From: Auanema rhodensis
Lineage: Eukaryota > Animalia > Nematoda
NCBI GenBank assembly: GCA_964057225.1
Contig: OZ059897.1
Location: 7,626,001-7,690,000, forward strand
Reading direction: 5' to 3'
Length of the DNA stretch: 64,000 nucleotides
Part shown: piece after piece, positions 1-12,023 of the stretch
Numbering within the stretch: position 1 is the first letter of the stretch
Layout of the letters: each line of letters starts with the position of its first letter
Made by a program: the position numbers and the translations under genes
The notes under the pieces: generated by a model
The model's database searches: none
What the model was told of the DNA's origin: nothing
The model's input: the letters and a program-made list of their open reading frames with translations, nothing else

Positions 1-1
1 C

Positions 2-82
2 CAAACCATCAGAACAATGGAGCTGCTTGGACTAGCATCAATGACGGAAATGATCCAGGAAATTGACCAACTGGCGGATTAA
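2..82 (+). CDS. Possible C-terminal end of an ORF of an LTR element running off the left edge
   Basis: Open frame QTIRTMELLGLASMTEMIQEIDQLAD* followed by an AT-rich 3' region and then the LTR-like sequence at 265; too short to identify. Confidence 0.25.
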   Translation, partial: QTIRTMELLGLASMTEMIQEIDQLAD

Positions 83-264
83 AGAAGAGAGGAAAGGTTT
101 AAATCATTTATAAAATTCTATCTCTTAAAAATTTTTCTCTTTATCAATAATTTGTTGAAAAATTTGCTTTATCTCATGCCATTTTTTTTTAATTTTTATT
201 TTTCTCTCTTAATTATTATTTGCATATAACAGCTGAGGTCAGCTGACTTGTATCCGTTGGGGCA

Positions 265-680
265 TGTTACATACATATCTCAAAGGAAAGCAGCTGACCA
301 TGGCAGCTGCTATTATTAAACTAATGCAGATAGTTTTTAAGCAATTCTGAGAATATTCTAGATGCACTTTTTATAAACTTTGTAACAATTTGTGTAAACT
401 GAGTAGGAGTTGTATGGATATATAAACCTGAGTCCTCAAGACTCAGGATCTCATTATCTCATTATCTTACTTTCTCTTTATCTTCTTTATATTCTCTTTC
501 TTAACTCTAGCTTTAATCTTTGTATAATTATATTATAATGCGAACAATAAACCTTTATATATTTCATCTCTTGTTTCTTATTTCACCTTACATTACACAC
601 TTATATTTAAAATCATACTCATCGTCTCATAATCTGTTTGGATATCTCAACTTGGAACCATTGAGAATCTAAATGGAACG
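265..680 (+). mobile_element. Probable 3' LTR of a third LTR retrotransposon family (family C)
   Basis: Starts TGTTAC after a short purine tract (TTGGGGCA), has TATAAA (~421) and AATAAA (~547), ends GGAACG exactly where array spacer sequence begins (681); a diverged inverted copy of its first ~85 bp is at ~47995-48076 and ~57977-58058. The partner LTR is outside the window. Confidence 0.6.
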
Positions 681-771
681 AATATAGATCTTTTTGAATT
701 AAATTTAGAAGTAAATATAATATTGTATGAGTAAGTACTTCATTATTTTTATGAAATGGCGACGATATGTA

Positions 772-844
772 GCCTCGTTAGCTCAGCTGGTAGAGCGTTA
801 GACTTTTAATCTAACGGTCAGGGGTTCGAGCCCCCTACGGGGCT
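772..844 (+). tRNA. tRNA-Lys-TTT: tRNA-Lys (anticodon UUU), representative copy of the array
   Basis: 73-nt cloverleaf: GCCTCGT/ACGGGGC acceptor stem, GCTC/GAGC D stem, TTAGA-CTTTTAA-TCTAA anticodon arm, AGGGG-TTCGAGC-CCCCT T arm; A box TAGCTCAGCTGG, B box GGTTCGAGCCC; no encoded CCA, no intron. Confidence 0.97.
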
Positions 845-846
845 AA

Positions 847-851
847 TTTTT
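847..851 (+). terminator. RNA Pol III oligo-T terminator (T5 here, T6 in most units), repeated after each tRNA copy
   Basis: AATTTTT(T) begins immediately after the discriminator base in essentially every unit. Confidence 0.85.
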
Positions 852-3800
852 AACATTCTATCTGTTCCGAACATGTAAAACTTTATTTTCTTACCTTGTT
901 TAAACTTTTATTTATTCCAGAATCTTGAATTTTTCTTCAAATATAGATCTTTTTGAATTAAATTTAGAAGTAAATATACTATTGTATGAGTAGGTACTTC
1001 ATTATTTTTATGAAGTTAGGAGGATGTGTAGCCTCGTTAGCTCAGCTGGTAGAGCGTTAGACTTTTAATCTAACGGTCAGGGGTTCGAGCCCCCTACGGG
1101 GCTAATTTTTTACATTCTATCTGTCCCGAACATGTAAAACTTAATTTTCTTACCTTGTTTAAACTTTTATTTATTCCAGAATCTTGAATTTTTCTTCAAA
1201 TATAGATCTTTTTGAATTAAATTTAGAAGTAAATATACTATTGTATGAGTAGGTACTTCATTATTTTTATGAAATGGCGACGATATGTAGCCTCGTTAGC
1301 TCAGCTGGTAGAGCGTTAGACTTTTAATCTAACGGTCAGGGGTTCGAGCCCCCTACGGGGCTAATTTTTAACATTCTATCTGTTCCGAACATGTAAAACT
1401 TTATTTTCTTACCTTGTTTAAACTTTTATTTATTCCAGAATCTTGAATTTTTCTTCAAATATAGATCTTTTTGAATTAAATTTAGAAGTAAATATACTAT
1501 TGTATGAGTAGGTACTTCATTAATTTTATGAAGTTAGGAGGATGTGTAGCCTCGTTAGCTCAGCTGGTAGAGCGTTAGACTTTTAATCTAACGGTCAGGG
1601 GTTCGAGCCCCCTACGGGGCTAATTTTTTACATTCTATCTGTCCCGAACATGTAAAACTTAATTTTCTTACCTTGTTTAAACTTTTATTTATTCCAGAAT
1701 CTTGAATTTTTCTTCAAATATAGATCTTTTTGAATTAAATTTAGAAGTAAATATACTATTGTATGAGTAGGTACTTCATTATTTTTATGAAATGGCGACG
1801 ATATGTAGCCTCGTTAGCTCAGCTGGTAGAGCGTTAGACTTTTAATCTAACGGTCAGGGTTCGAGCCCCCTACGGGGCTAATTTTTTACATTCTATCTGT
1901 CCCGAACATGTAAAACTTTATTTTCTTACCTTGTTTGAACTTTCATTTATTCCAGAGTCTTGAATTTTTCTTCAAATATAGATCTTTTTGAATTAAATTT
2001 AAAAGTAAATATACTATTCTATGAGTAGGTACTTCATTAATTTTATGAAGTTAGGAGGATGTGTAGCCTCGTTAGCTCAGCTGGTAGAGCGTTAGACTTT
2101 TAATCTAACGGTCAGGGGTTCGAGCCCCCTACGGGGCTAATTTTTTACATTCTATCTGTCCCGAACATGTAAAACTTAATTTTCTTACCTTGTTTAAACT
2201 TTTATTTATTCCAGAATCTTGAATTTTTCTTCAAATATAGATCTTTTTGAATTAAATTTAGAAGTAAATATACTATTGTATGAGTAGGTACTTCATTATT
2301 TTTATGAAATGGCGACGATATGTAGCCTCGTTAGCTCAGCTGGTAGAGCGTTAGACTTTTAATCTAACGGTCAGGGGTTCGAGCCCCCTACGGGGCTAAT
2401 TTTTTACATTCTATCTGTCCCGAACATGTAAAACTTTATTTTCTTACCTTGTTTGAACTTTCATTTATTCCAGAATCTTGAATTTTTCTTCAAATATAGA
2501 TCTTTTTGAATTAAATTTAAAAGTAAATATACTATTCTATGAGTAGGTACTTCATTAATTTTATGAAGTTAGGAGGATGTGTAGCCTCGTTAGCTCAGCT
2601 GGTAGAGCGTTAGACTTTTAATCTAACGGTCAGGGGTTCGAGCCCCCTACGGGGCTAATTTTTTACATTCTATCTGTCCCGAACATGTAAAACTTAATTT
2701 TCTTACCTTGTTTAAACTTTTATTTATTCCAGAATCTTGAATTTTTCTTCAAATATAGATCTTTTTGAATTAAATTTAGAAGTAAATATACTATTCTATG
2801 AGTAAGTACTTCATTATTTTTATGAAATGGTGACGATATGTAGCCTCGTTAGCTCAGCTGGTAGAGCGTTAGACTTTTAATCTAACGGTCAGGGGTTCGA
2901 GCCCCCTACGGGGCTAATTTTTAACATTCTATCTGTCCCGAACATGTAAAACTTAATTTTCTTACCTTGTTTAAACTTTTATTTATTCCAGAATCTTGAA
3001 TTTTTCTTCAAATATAGATCTTTTTGAATTAAATTTAGAAGTAAATATACTATTGTATGAGTAAGTACTTCATTATTTTTATGAAATGGTGACGATATGT
3101 AGCCTCGTTAGCTCAGCTGGTAGAGCGTTAGACTTTTAATCTAACGGTCAGGGGTTCGAGCCCCCTACGGGGCTAATTTTTTACATTCTATCTGTCCCGA
3201 ACATGTAAAACTTAATTTTCTTACCTTGTTTAAACTTTTATTTATTCCAGAATCTTGAATTTTTCTTCAAATATAGATCTTTTTGAATTAAATTTAGAAG
3301 TAAATATACTATTGTATGAGTAGGTACTTCATTATTTTTATGAAATGGCGACGATATGTAGCCTCGTTAGCTCAGCTGGTAGAGCGTTAGACTTTTAATC
3401 TAACGGTCAGGGGTTCGAGCCCCCTACGGGGCTAATTTTTTACATTCTATCTGTCCCGAACATGTAAAACTTTATTTTCTTACCTTGTTTGAACTTTCAT
3501 TTATTCCAGAATCTTGAATTTTTCTTCAAATATAGATCTTTTTGAATTAAATTTAAAAGTAAATATACTATTCTATGAGTAGGTACTTCATTAATTTTAT
3601 GAAGTTAGGAGGATGTGTAGCCTCGTTAGCTCAGCTGGTAGAGCGTTAGACTTTTAATCTAACGGTCAGGGGTTCGAGCCCCCTACGGGGCTAATTTTTT
3701 ACATTCTATCTGTCCCGAACATGTAAAACTTAATTTTCTTACCTTGTTTAAACTTTTATTTATTCCAGAATCTTGAATTTTTCTTCAAATATAGATCTTT

Positions 3801-6800
3801 TTGAATTAAATTTAGAAGTAAATATACTATTCTATGAGTAAGTACTTCATTATTTTTATGAAATGGTGACGATATGTAGCCTCGTTAGCTCAGCTGGTAG
3901 AGCGTTAGACTTTTAATCTAACGGTCAGGGGTTCGAGCCCCCTACGGGGCTAATTTTTTACATTCTATCTGTCCCGAACATGTAAAACTTAATTTTCTTA
4001 CCTTGTTTAAACTTTTATTTATTCTAGAATCTTGAATTTTTCTTCAAATATAGATCTTTTTGAATTAAATTTAGAAGTAAATATAATATTGTATGAGTAA
4101 GTACTTCATTATTTTTATGAAATGGTGACGATATGTAGCCTCGTTAGCTCAGCTGGTAGAGCGTTAGACTTTTAATCTAACGGTCAGGGGTTCGAGCCCC
4201 CTACGGGGCTAATTTTTTACATTCTATCTGTCCCGAACATGTAAAACTTAATTTTCTTACCTTGTTTAAACTTTTATTTATTCCAGAATCTTGAATTTTT
4301 CTTCAAATATAGATCTTTTTGAATTAAATTTAGAAGTAAATATACTATTGTATGAGTAGGTACTTCATTATTTTTATGAAATGGCGACGATATGTAGCCT
4401 CGTTAGCTCAGCTGGTAGAGCGTTAGACTTTTAATCTAACGGTCAGGGGTTCGAGCCCCCTACGGGGCTAATTTTTAACATTCTATCTGTCCCGAACATG
4501 TAAAACTTAATTTTCTTACCTTGTTTAAACTTTTATTTATTCCAGAATCTTGAATTTTTCTTCAAATATAGATCTTTTTGAATTAAATTTAGAAGTAAAT
4601 ATACTATTGTATGAGTAAGTACTTCATTATTTTTATGAAATGGTGACGATATGTAGCCTCGTTAGCTCAGCTGGTAGAGCGTTAGACTTTTAATCTAACG
4701 GTCAGGGGTTCGAGCCCCCTACGGGGCTAATTTTTTACATTCTATCTGTCCCGAACATGTAAAACTTAATTTTCTTACCTTGTTTAAACTTTTATTTATT
4801 CCAGAATCTTGAATTTTTCTTCAAATATAGATCTTTTTGAATTAAATTTAGAAGTAAATATACTATTGTATGAGTAAGTACTTCATTATTTTTATGAAAT
4901 GGTGACGATATGTAGCCTCGTTAGCTCAGCTGGTAGAGCGTTAGACTTTTAATCTAACGGTCAGGGGTTCGAGCCCCCTACGGGGCTAATTTTTTACATT
5001 CTATCTGTCCCGAACATGTAAAACTTAATTTTCTTACCTTGTTTAAACTTTTATTTATTCCAGAATCTTGAATTTTTCTTCAAATATAGATCTTTTTGAA
5101 TTAAATTTAGAAGTAAATATAATATTGTATGAGTAAGTACTTCATTATTTTTATGAAATGGTGACGATATGTAGCCTCGTTAGCTCAGCTGGTAGAGCGT
5201 TAGACTTTTAATCTAACGGTCAGGGGTTCGAGCCCCCTACGGGGCTAATTTTTTACATTCTATCTGTCCCGAACATGTAAAACTTAATTTTCTTACCTTG
5301 TTTAAACTTTTATTTATTCCAGAATCTTGAATTTTTCTTCAAATATAGATCTTTTTGAATTAAATTTAGAAGTAAATATACTATTGTATGAGTAGGTACT
5401 TCATTATTTTTATGAAATGGCGACGATATGTAGCCTCGTTAGCTCAGCTGGTAGAGCGTTAGACTTTTAATCTAACGGTCAGGGGTTCGAGCCCCCTACG
5501 GGGCTAATTTTTAACATTCTATCTGTTCCGAACATGTAAAACTTCATTTTCTTACCTTGTTTAAACTTTTATTTATTCCAGAATCTTGAATTTTTCTTCA
5601 AATATAGATCTTTTTGAATTAAATTTAGAAGTAAATATACTATTGTATGAGTAGGTACTTCATTATTTTTATGAAATGGCGACGATATGTAGCCTCGTTA
5701 GCTCAGCTGGTAGAGCGTTAGACTTTTAATCTAACGGTCAGGGGTTCGAGCCCCCTACGGGGCTAATTTTTTACATTCTATCTGTCCCGAACATGTAAAA
5801 CTTAATTTTCTTACCTTGTTTAAACTTTTATTTATTCCAGAATCTTGAATTTTTCTTCAAATATAGATCTTTTTGAATTAAATTTAGAAGTAAATATACT
5901 ATTGTATGAGTAAGTACTTCATTATTTTTATGAAATGGTGACGATATGTAGCCTCGTTAGCTCAGCTGGTAGAGCGTTAGACTTTTAATCTAACGGTCAG
6001 GGGTTCGAGCCCCCTACGGGGCTAATTTTTTACATTCTATCTGTCCCGAACATGTAAAACTTAATTTTCTTACCTTGTTTAAACTTTTATTTATTCCAGA
6101 ATCTTGAATTTTTCTTCAAATATAGATCTTTTTGAATTAAATTTAGAAGTAAATATACTATTGTATGAGTAGGTACTTCATTATTTTTATGAAATGGCGA
6201 CGATATGTAGCCTCGTTAGCTCAGCTGGTAGAGCGTTAGACTTTTAATCTAACGGTCAGGGGTTCGAGCCCCCTACGGGGCTAATTTTTTACATTCTATC
6301 TGTCCCGAACATGTAAAACTTTATTTTCTTACCTTGTTTGAACTTTCATTTATTCCAGAATCTTGAATTTTTCTTCAAATATAGATCTTTTTGAATTAAA
6401 TTTAAAAGTAAATATACTATTCTATGAGTAGGTACTTCATTAATTTTATGAAGTTAGGAGGATGTGTAGCCTCGTTAGCTCAGCTGGTAGAGCGTTAGAC
6501 TTTTAATCTAACGGTCAGGGGTTCGAGCCCCCTACGGGGCTAATTTTTTACATTCTATCTGTCCCGAACATGTAAAACTTAATTTTCTTACGTTGTTTAA
6601 ACTTTTATTTATTCCAGAATCTTGAATTTTTCTTCAAATATAGATCTTTTTGAATTAAATTTAGAAGTAAATATACTATTCTATGAGTAAGTACTTCATT
6701 ATTTTTATGAAATGGTGACGATATGTAGCCTCGTTAGCTCAGCTGGTAGAGCGTTAGACTTTTAATCTAACGGTCAGGGGTTCGAGCCCCCTACGGGGCT

Positions 6801-9800
6801 AATTTTTTACATTCTATCTGTCCCGAACATGTAAAACTTAATTTTCTTACCTTGTTTAAACTTTTATTTATTCCAGAATCTTGAATTTTTCTTCAAATAT
6901 AGATCTTTTTGAATTAAATTTAGAAGTAAATATAATATTGTATGAGTAAGTACTTCATTATTTTTATGAAATGGTGACGATATGTAGCCTCGTTAGCTCA
7001 GCTGGTAGAGCGTTAGACTTTTAATCTAACGGTCAGGGGTTCGAGCCCCCTACGGGGCTAATTTTTTACATTCTATCTGTCCCGAACATGTAAAACTTAA
7101 TTTTCTTACCTTGTTTAAACTTTTATTTATTCCAGAATCTTGAATTTTTCTTCAAATATAGATCTTTTTGAATTAAATTTAGAATTAAATATACTATTGT
7201 ATGAGTAGGTACTTCATTATTTTTATGAAATGGCGACGATATGTAGCCTCGTTAGCTCAGCTGGTAGAGCGTTAGACTTTTAATCTAACGGTGAGGGGTT
7301 CGAGCCCCCTACGGGGCTAATTTTTAACATTCTATCTGTTCCGAACATGTAAAACTTAATTTTCTTACCTTGTTTAAACTTTTATTTATTCCAGAATCTT
7401 GAATTTTTCTTCAAATATAGATCTTTTTGAATTAAATTTAGAAGTAAATATACTATTGTATGAGTAGGTACTTCATTATTTTTATGAAATGGCGACGATA
7501 TGTAGCCTCGTTAGCTCAGCTGGTAGAGCGTTAGACTTTTAATCTAACGGTCAGGGTTCGAGCCCCCTACGGGGCTAATTTTTTACATTCTATCTGTCCC
7601 GAACATGTAAAACTTTATTTTCTTACCTTGTTTGAACTTTCATTTATTCCAGAATCTTGAATTTTTCTTCAAATATAGATCTTTTTGAATTAAATTTAAA
7701 AGTAAATATACTATTCTATGAGTAGGTACTTCATTAATTTTATGAAGTTAGGAGGATGTGTAGCCTCGTTAGCTCAGCTGGTAGAGCGTTAGACTTTTAA
7801 TCTAACGGTCAGGGGTTCGAGCCCCCTACGGGGCTAATTTTTTACATTCTATCTGTCCCGAACATGTAAAACTTAATTTTCTTACCTTGTTTAAACTTTT
7901 ATTTATTCCAGAATCTTGAATTTTTCTCCAAATATAGATCTTTTTGAATTAAATTTAGAAGTAAATATACTATTCTATGAGTAAGTACTTCATTATTTTT
8001 ATGAAATGGTGACGATGTGTAGCCTCGTTAGCTCAGCTGGTAGAGCGTTAGACTTTTAATCTAACGGTCAGGGGTTCGAGCCCCCTACGGGGCTAATTTT
8101 TTACATTCTATCTGTCCCGAACATGTAAAACTTAATTTTCTTACCTTGTTTAAACTTTTATTTATTCCAGAATCTTGAATTTTTCTTCAAATATAGATCT
8201 TTTTGAATTAAATTTAGAAGTAAATATACTATTGTATGAGTAGGTACTTCATTAATTTTATGAAGTTAGGAGGATGTGTAGCCTCGTTAGCTCAGCTGGT
8301 AGAGCGTTAGACTTTTAATCTAACGGTCAGGGGTTCGAGCCCCCTACGGGGCTAATTTTTTACATTCTATCTGTCCCGAGCATGTAAAACTTAATTTTCT
8401 TACCTTGTTTAAACTTTTATTTATTCCAGAATCTTGAATTTTTCTTCAAATTTAGATCTTTTTGAATTAAATTTAGAAGTAAATATACTATTGTATGAGT
8501 AGGTACTTCATTATTTTTATGAAATGGCGACGATATGTAGCCTCGTTAGCTCAGCTGGTAGAGCGTTAGACTTTTAATCTAACGGTCAGGGGTTCGAGCC
8601 CCCTACGGGGCTAATTTTTTACATTCTATCTGTCCCGAGCATGTAAAACTTAATTTTCTTACCTTGTTTAAACTTTTATTTATTCCAGAATCTTGAATTT
8701 TTCTTCAAATATAGATCTTTTTGAATTAAATTCAGAAGTAAATATAGTATTGTATGAGTAGGTACTTCATTAATTTTATGAAGTTAGGAGGATGTGTAGC
8801 CTCGTTAGCTCAGCTGGTAGAGCGTTAGACTTTTAATCTAACGGTCAGGGGTTCGAGCCCCCTACGGGGCTAATTTTTTACATTCTATCTGTCCCGAACA
8901 TGTAGAACTTAATTTTCTTAGCTTGTTTAAACTTTCATTTATTCCAGAATCTTGAATTTTTCTTCAAATATAGATGTTTTTGAATTAAATTTAGAAGTGA
9001 ATATACTATTGTATGAGTAGGTACTTCATTATTTTTATGAAATGGCACGTTCCGTTATGCTCTCACGTCGATCCTATAGACCAATAAAGCCTACAAGATG
9101 AGTGTGATAGTATTCCAGATGTAGCGGTAGATAAAGAGCATAATGGATAAACATAAGACTCGAGAAAGAAAGGTTTATTATGTCTACATGATTACAATAA
9201 GTTATATAAGTCTACATAAAGATATAAAGTGAAAGAGAGCTAAGAAAGGAAGACCAACCATCCATAGTCATTCAATAAGGCAAAGCTGAAGTCTGTGTTC
9301 CATATGAAGGGCGTGTCGTCCTCTCTCAGCCTCATGTCGTCTGATTCTAACCCGCCTGCTACGTATTGATTTCCGAATGGAACGTGCCATTTTTTCGAGT
9401 TTATGTCGCGTCCCCGCGAATAGCAAAATATGTGGCTTGTTTCAATCGTAGCAGAAGGTTTAGTTTTAAAAATAAAAATTACAATGTTAACATAAAAATA
9501 GTAAAGATAAATTACAATATAATGTTAAACAATAGTATCTGAAAAGAATTCAATAAAAATTATTTGAAAATACATGAATATTAAGTAATAAAACAATCTT
9601 TTAGAATACCAGGGCTATATTTTGTCAGCGAGAGTGCGCAAAATAGCTTTTTAGGCACGACGCTGCATGTCTAACTTGTTTGAGTATAGAGAAACGAGAG
9701 TCATGCTATATTATCGATGGAGCTAGCATGTTTCCTCAGCGTATTCAAAGCGAATTGTAATAATAAAAAAATGAAAATAAATTAAATCCCATATAATTTC

Positions 9801-10032
9801 CAAAATTGAATCATTAACTACTTGATAAGGACTGTTGCTCAGATGAATATGCAATATAATGTCTCTTATCTTTCATTTCTTCTTTATTTACGGGAAATTA
9901 TTTGAAATTGATGTTTTTTTTTTTTTTTTGAAAAATTGAAGTATTATAATCATATATGCTTTGAAACTGAAGTGCTTTTTGATTATTAGCTTACATCTCG
10001 TCTTACTCAAGTTTTTCAATGATATAATAATA

Positions 10033-10347
10033 TTAATAGCTCTGGTTTTTTAAAAGAGAGTTGATACAAAGTTTTACAATAATTTTATCAATCTCGAAAT
10101 TATTTCTTTCATCGTCTTCTTCTTGGTGGTAGCCAATTTGGTCCGATGGGTCTTCTGGTTCTGTTTCTTCAGTAGAGTCATAGTTATCGTTACCATTTAT
10201 GACTTTTATGATCTCAATATCGCTGTCGTCGTCCGTGTCATAAGTCGTTGTATTTGATCGCAAAAGTTTGAGATTGTCTTTGTGTACGTTTTGAATTTTT
10301 CCAAATGGATTCTTGAGTTGTACCATGTTTCCTTCAACGTTGTTGAC
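10033..10347 (-). pseudogene. Integrase C-terminal tail of element A with acidic extension
   Basis: VNNVEGNMVQLKNPFGKIQNVHKDNLKLL matches the Gypsy integrase post-GPY/F 'VH.D.LK' segment and aligns with element B's VVVQTDKGKSRRVHKDFVKPY. Confidence 0.7.
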
Positions 10348-10686
10348 TTCTTAGCAGTAACTGGTGTTTGTTCTTCCATTGTGATGGATGTTTCTTCTCC
10401 TCCTGGTGGTACGTAATCCTCGTCGCTTAATCGTTCAGTAGGTGAATAAGTGCCTGCACGAGGAGTAAAGAATTTGTCGGTTTTGTGCTCGGCTTTCTGC
10501 TCGTCTTCGATTATAGCGATGCTCTGCGCGCGAGCTCGGCTTCTGGTGAGTGGAGCTGAGTCTCGCAGATCAAAATCAGTTCGTGTACTGAGAGGTACAG
10601 CTGATCGGAATCGCTTATCCACTTTGGTAGTGCTCTTGGTTTGGAAAAACCTTGAGTGTTTAGTAACGTGGGGGATTTTGAGACGT
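10347..10686 (-). pseudogene. N-terminal gag-like fragment of element A
   Basis: Open frame RLKIPHVTKHSRFFQTKSTTKVDKRFRSAVP...EEQTPVTAKK in the gag position; partly shared with copy 2 at 35935-36105; no diagnostic domain visible. Confidence 0.55.
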
Positions 10687-12010
10687 TAATGAGTGTTATG
10701 GATAAGGAGTTTTGGAAAAGGAATGAGAAAGCTGTGAGTAACTGGTTTGTATAGTCGGCGTTAAGGAATGAATCTAAGTTGTGGCCATCAACAGAGATCC
10801 GCCTAAATTTGGACTTTGTTCGCTCTCCAATTTAATATTCTTAAATGTATATAATTCAACCAGTTTGTATATGTTCAAAAATGTTCAGTGCTCACTTGAT
10901 TGATGCCTGAGCAATCTCATTAGTCCTTATTCCCATTTTTTTTTCTTTTTCTGACAATTCTGATCTTCTTGGACTCACGAGTGATCGAAAATGCCACGAA
11001 AATGGACTTTGGTAAATGTTCAAAGGATTTTAGCGGTTTTCATAATGTACATTCGTAATAGCATTACTCTTTTAAGGAAGCAATTTGGAAAACGAATGAG
11101 TACCGTAGTCCCATCATGATCAGAAATCTAATTTTAAAATTATGGCTAGGAATAGATGACTAAAGATTACAATAACTATATTTAAAGAATTATGGTGTTT
11201 AGGAATGAGTCTTATGCTTCAAAACAACAATAACGGTATGAGGAAGGTGACATATAGTAAGGGGAGAAAATCCAAACTGATATGCTTAAGCCAACACGAC
11301 CTGATAGACAATCACTAATAATAATTCAGTTCGTAAAATTGTACAGGATTTTTCGGACTATAGCGATCTTAAAATTCACTTTTCATAATATTCCTCCCAT
11401 TTAGGTGAGGTTTCCCGTGTAAATTCAATGCGTTATCAAATTATTTTTGGATGTTAATGGCAAAAAGTTGTCTGAACAGAAATGTAACGCAAAATAAAAT
11501 AGTCCTGATCGCAAAATATGAAATAATCTCAATTTGGTGCGCAAAATTGTTTCATCCACAAAAAACAAAGAAATAACCGTGGCTATTCTTTCCTCGAAGC
11601 CAAAATCAATCCTTAAAAGAAGAAAGTGTGGGCATAAATCTCAAAAAAAAATTATCCTTGGGTGAATTTGTTCACTAATTCATCCTAGGGTCCTCAAAAA
11701 TGCTTCGAGTTCGGGTAACAGAGTATTCGATGTTAACAGCAAGGATATAAAAATTGTTGGGTTCAGACAGACAGAAAATTGTGAACAAACGGGAAAACGT
11801 AACTTCAGTTTCAAAAAATATAAAATATCCATCTCCAAAAGGAGTGGTCCTTGCATCTGTTCCCTTTTAAACGTTGTTGGCCCCACCGTATTGTGTTAAG
11901 ACATGGAGTAGATGGTTTAGAGATATAAGAGAATTCAGATTCAATGAATTGTATTGAAAATAAAGAAATATAAGAGAAAATAGTCAAGAAATCAAGATAA
12001 AAATGTTCGA

Positions 12011-12023
12011 GGTGGAACCTCCA
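12011..12023 (-). promoter_or_regulatory. Primer binding site complementary to the tRNA-Gln 3' end (element A)
   Basis: Minus strand reads TGGAGGTTCCACC directly after the LTR; animal tRNA-Gln ends GGTGGAACCT-CCA. Confidence 0.85.

Larger units (their letters stand above)
681..9047 (+). repeat. tRNA-Lys(UUU) tandem array, block 1 (32 genes, 259-bp unit)
   Basis: tRNA starts at 772, 1031, 1290, 1549 ... 8799; the copies at 1808 and 7505 lack one G in the T stem. Confidence 0.95.

Noticed and set aside
772-1030. tRNA-derived SINE
   Set aside because: Perfect cloverleaf with an immediate terminator; no tail, no TSDs; strictly tandem
11680-11886. 68-aa ORF in element A's leader
   Set aside because: GTG start, no motif and no second copy to test conservation
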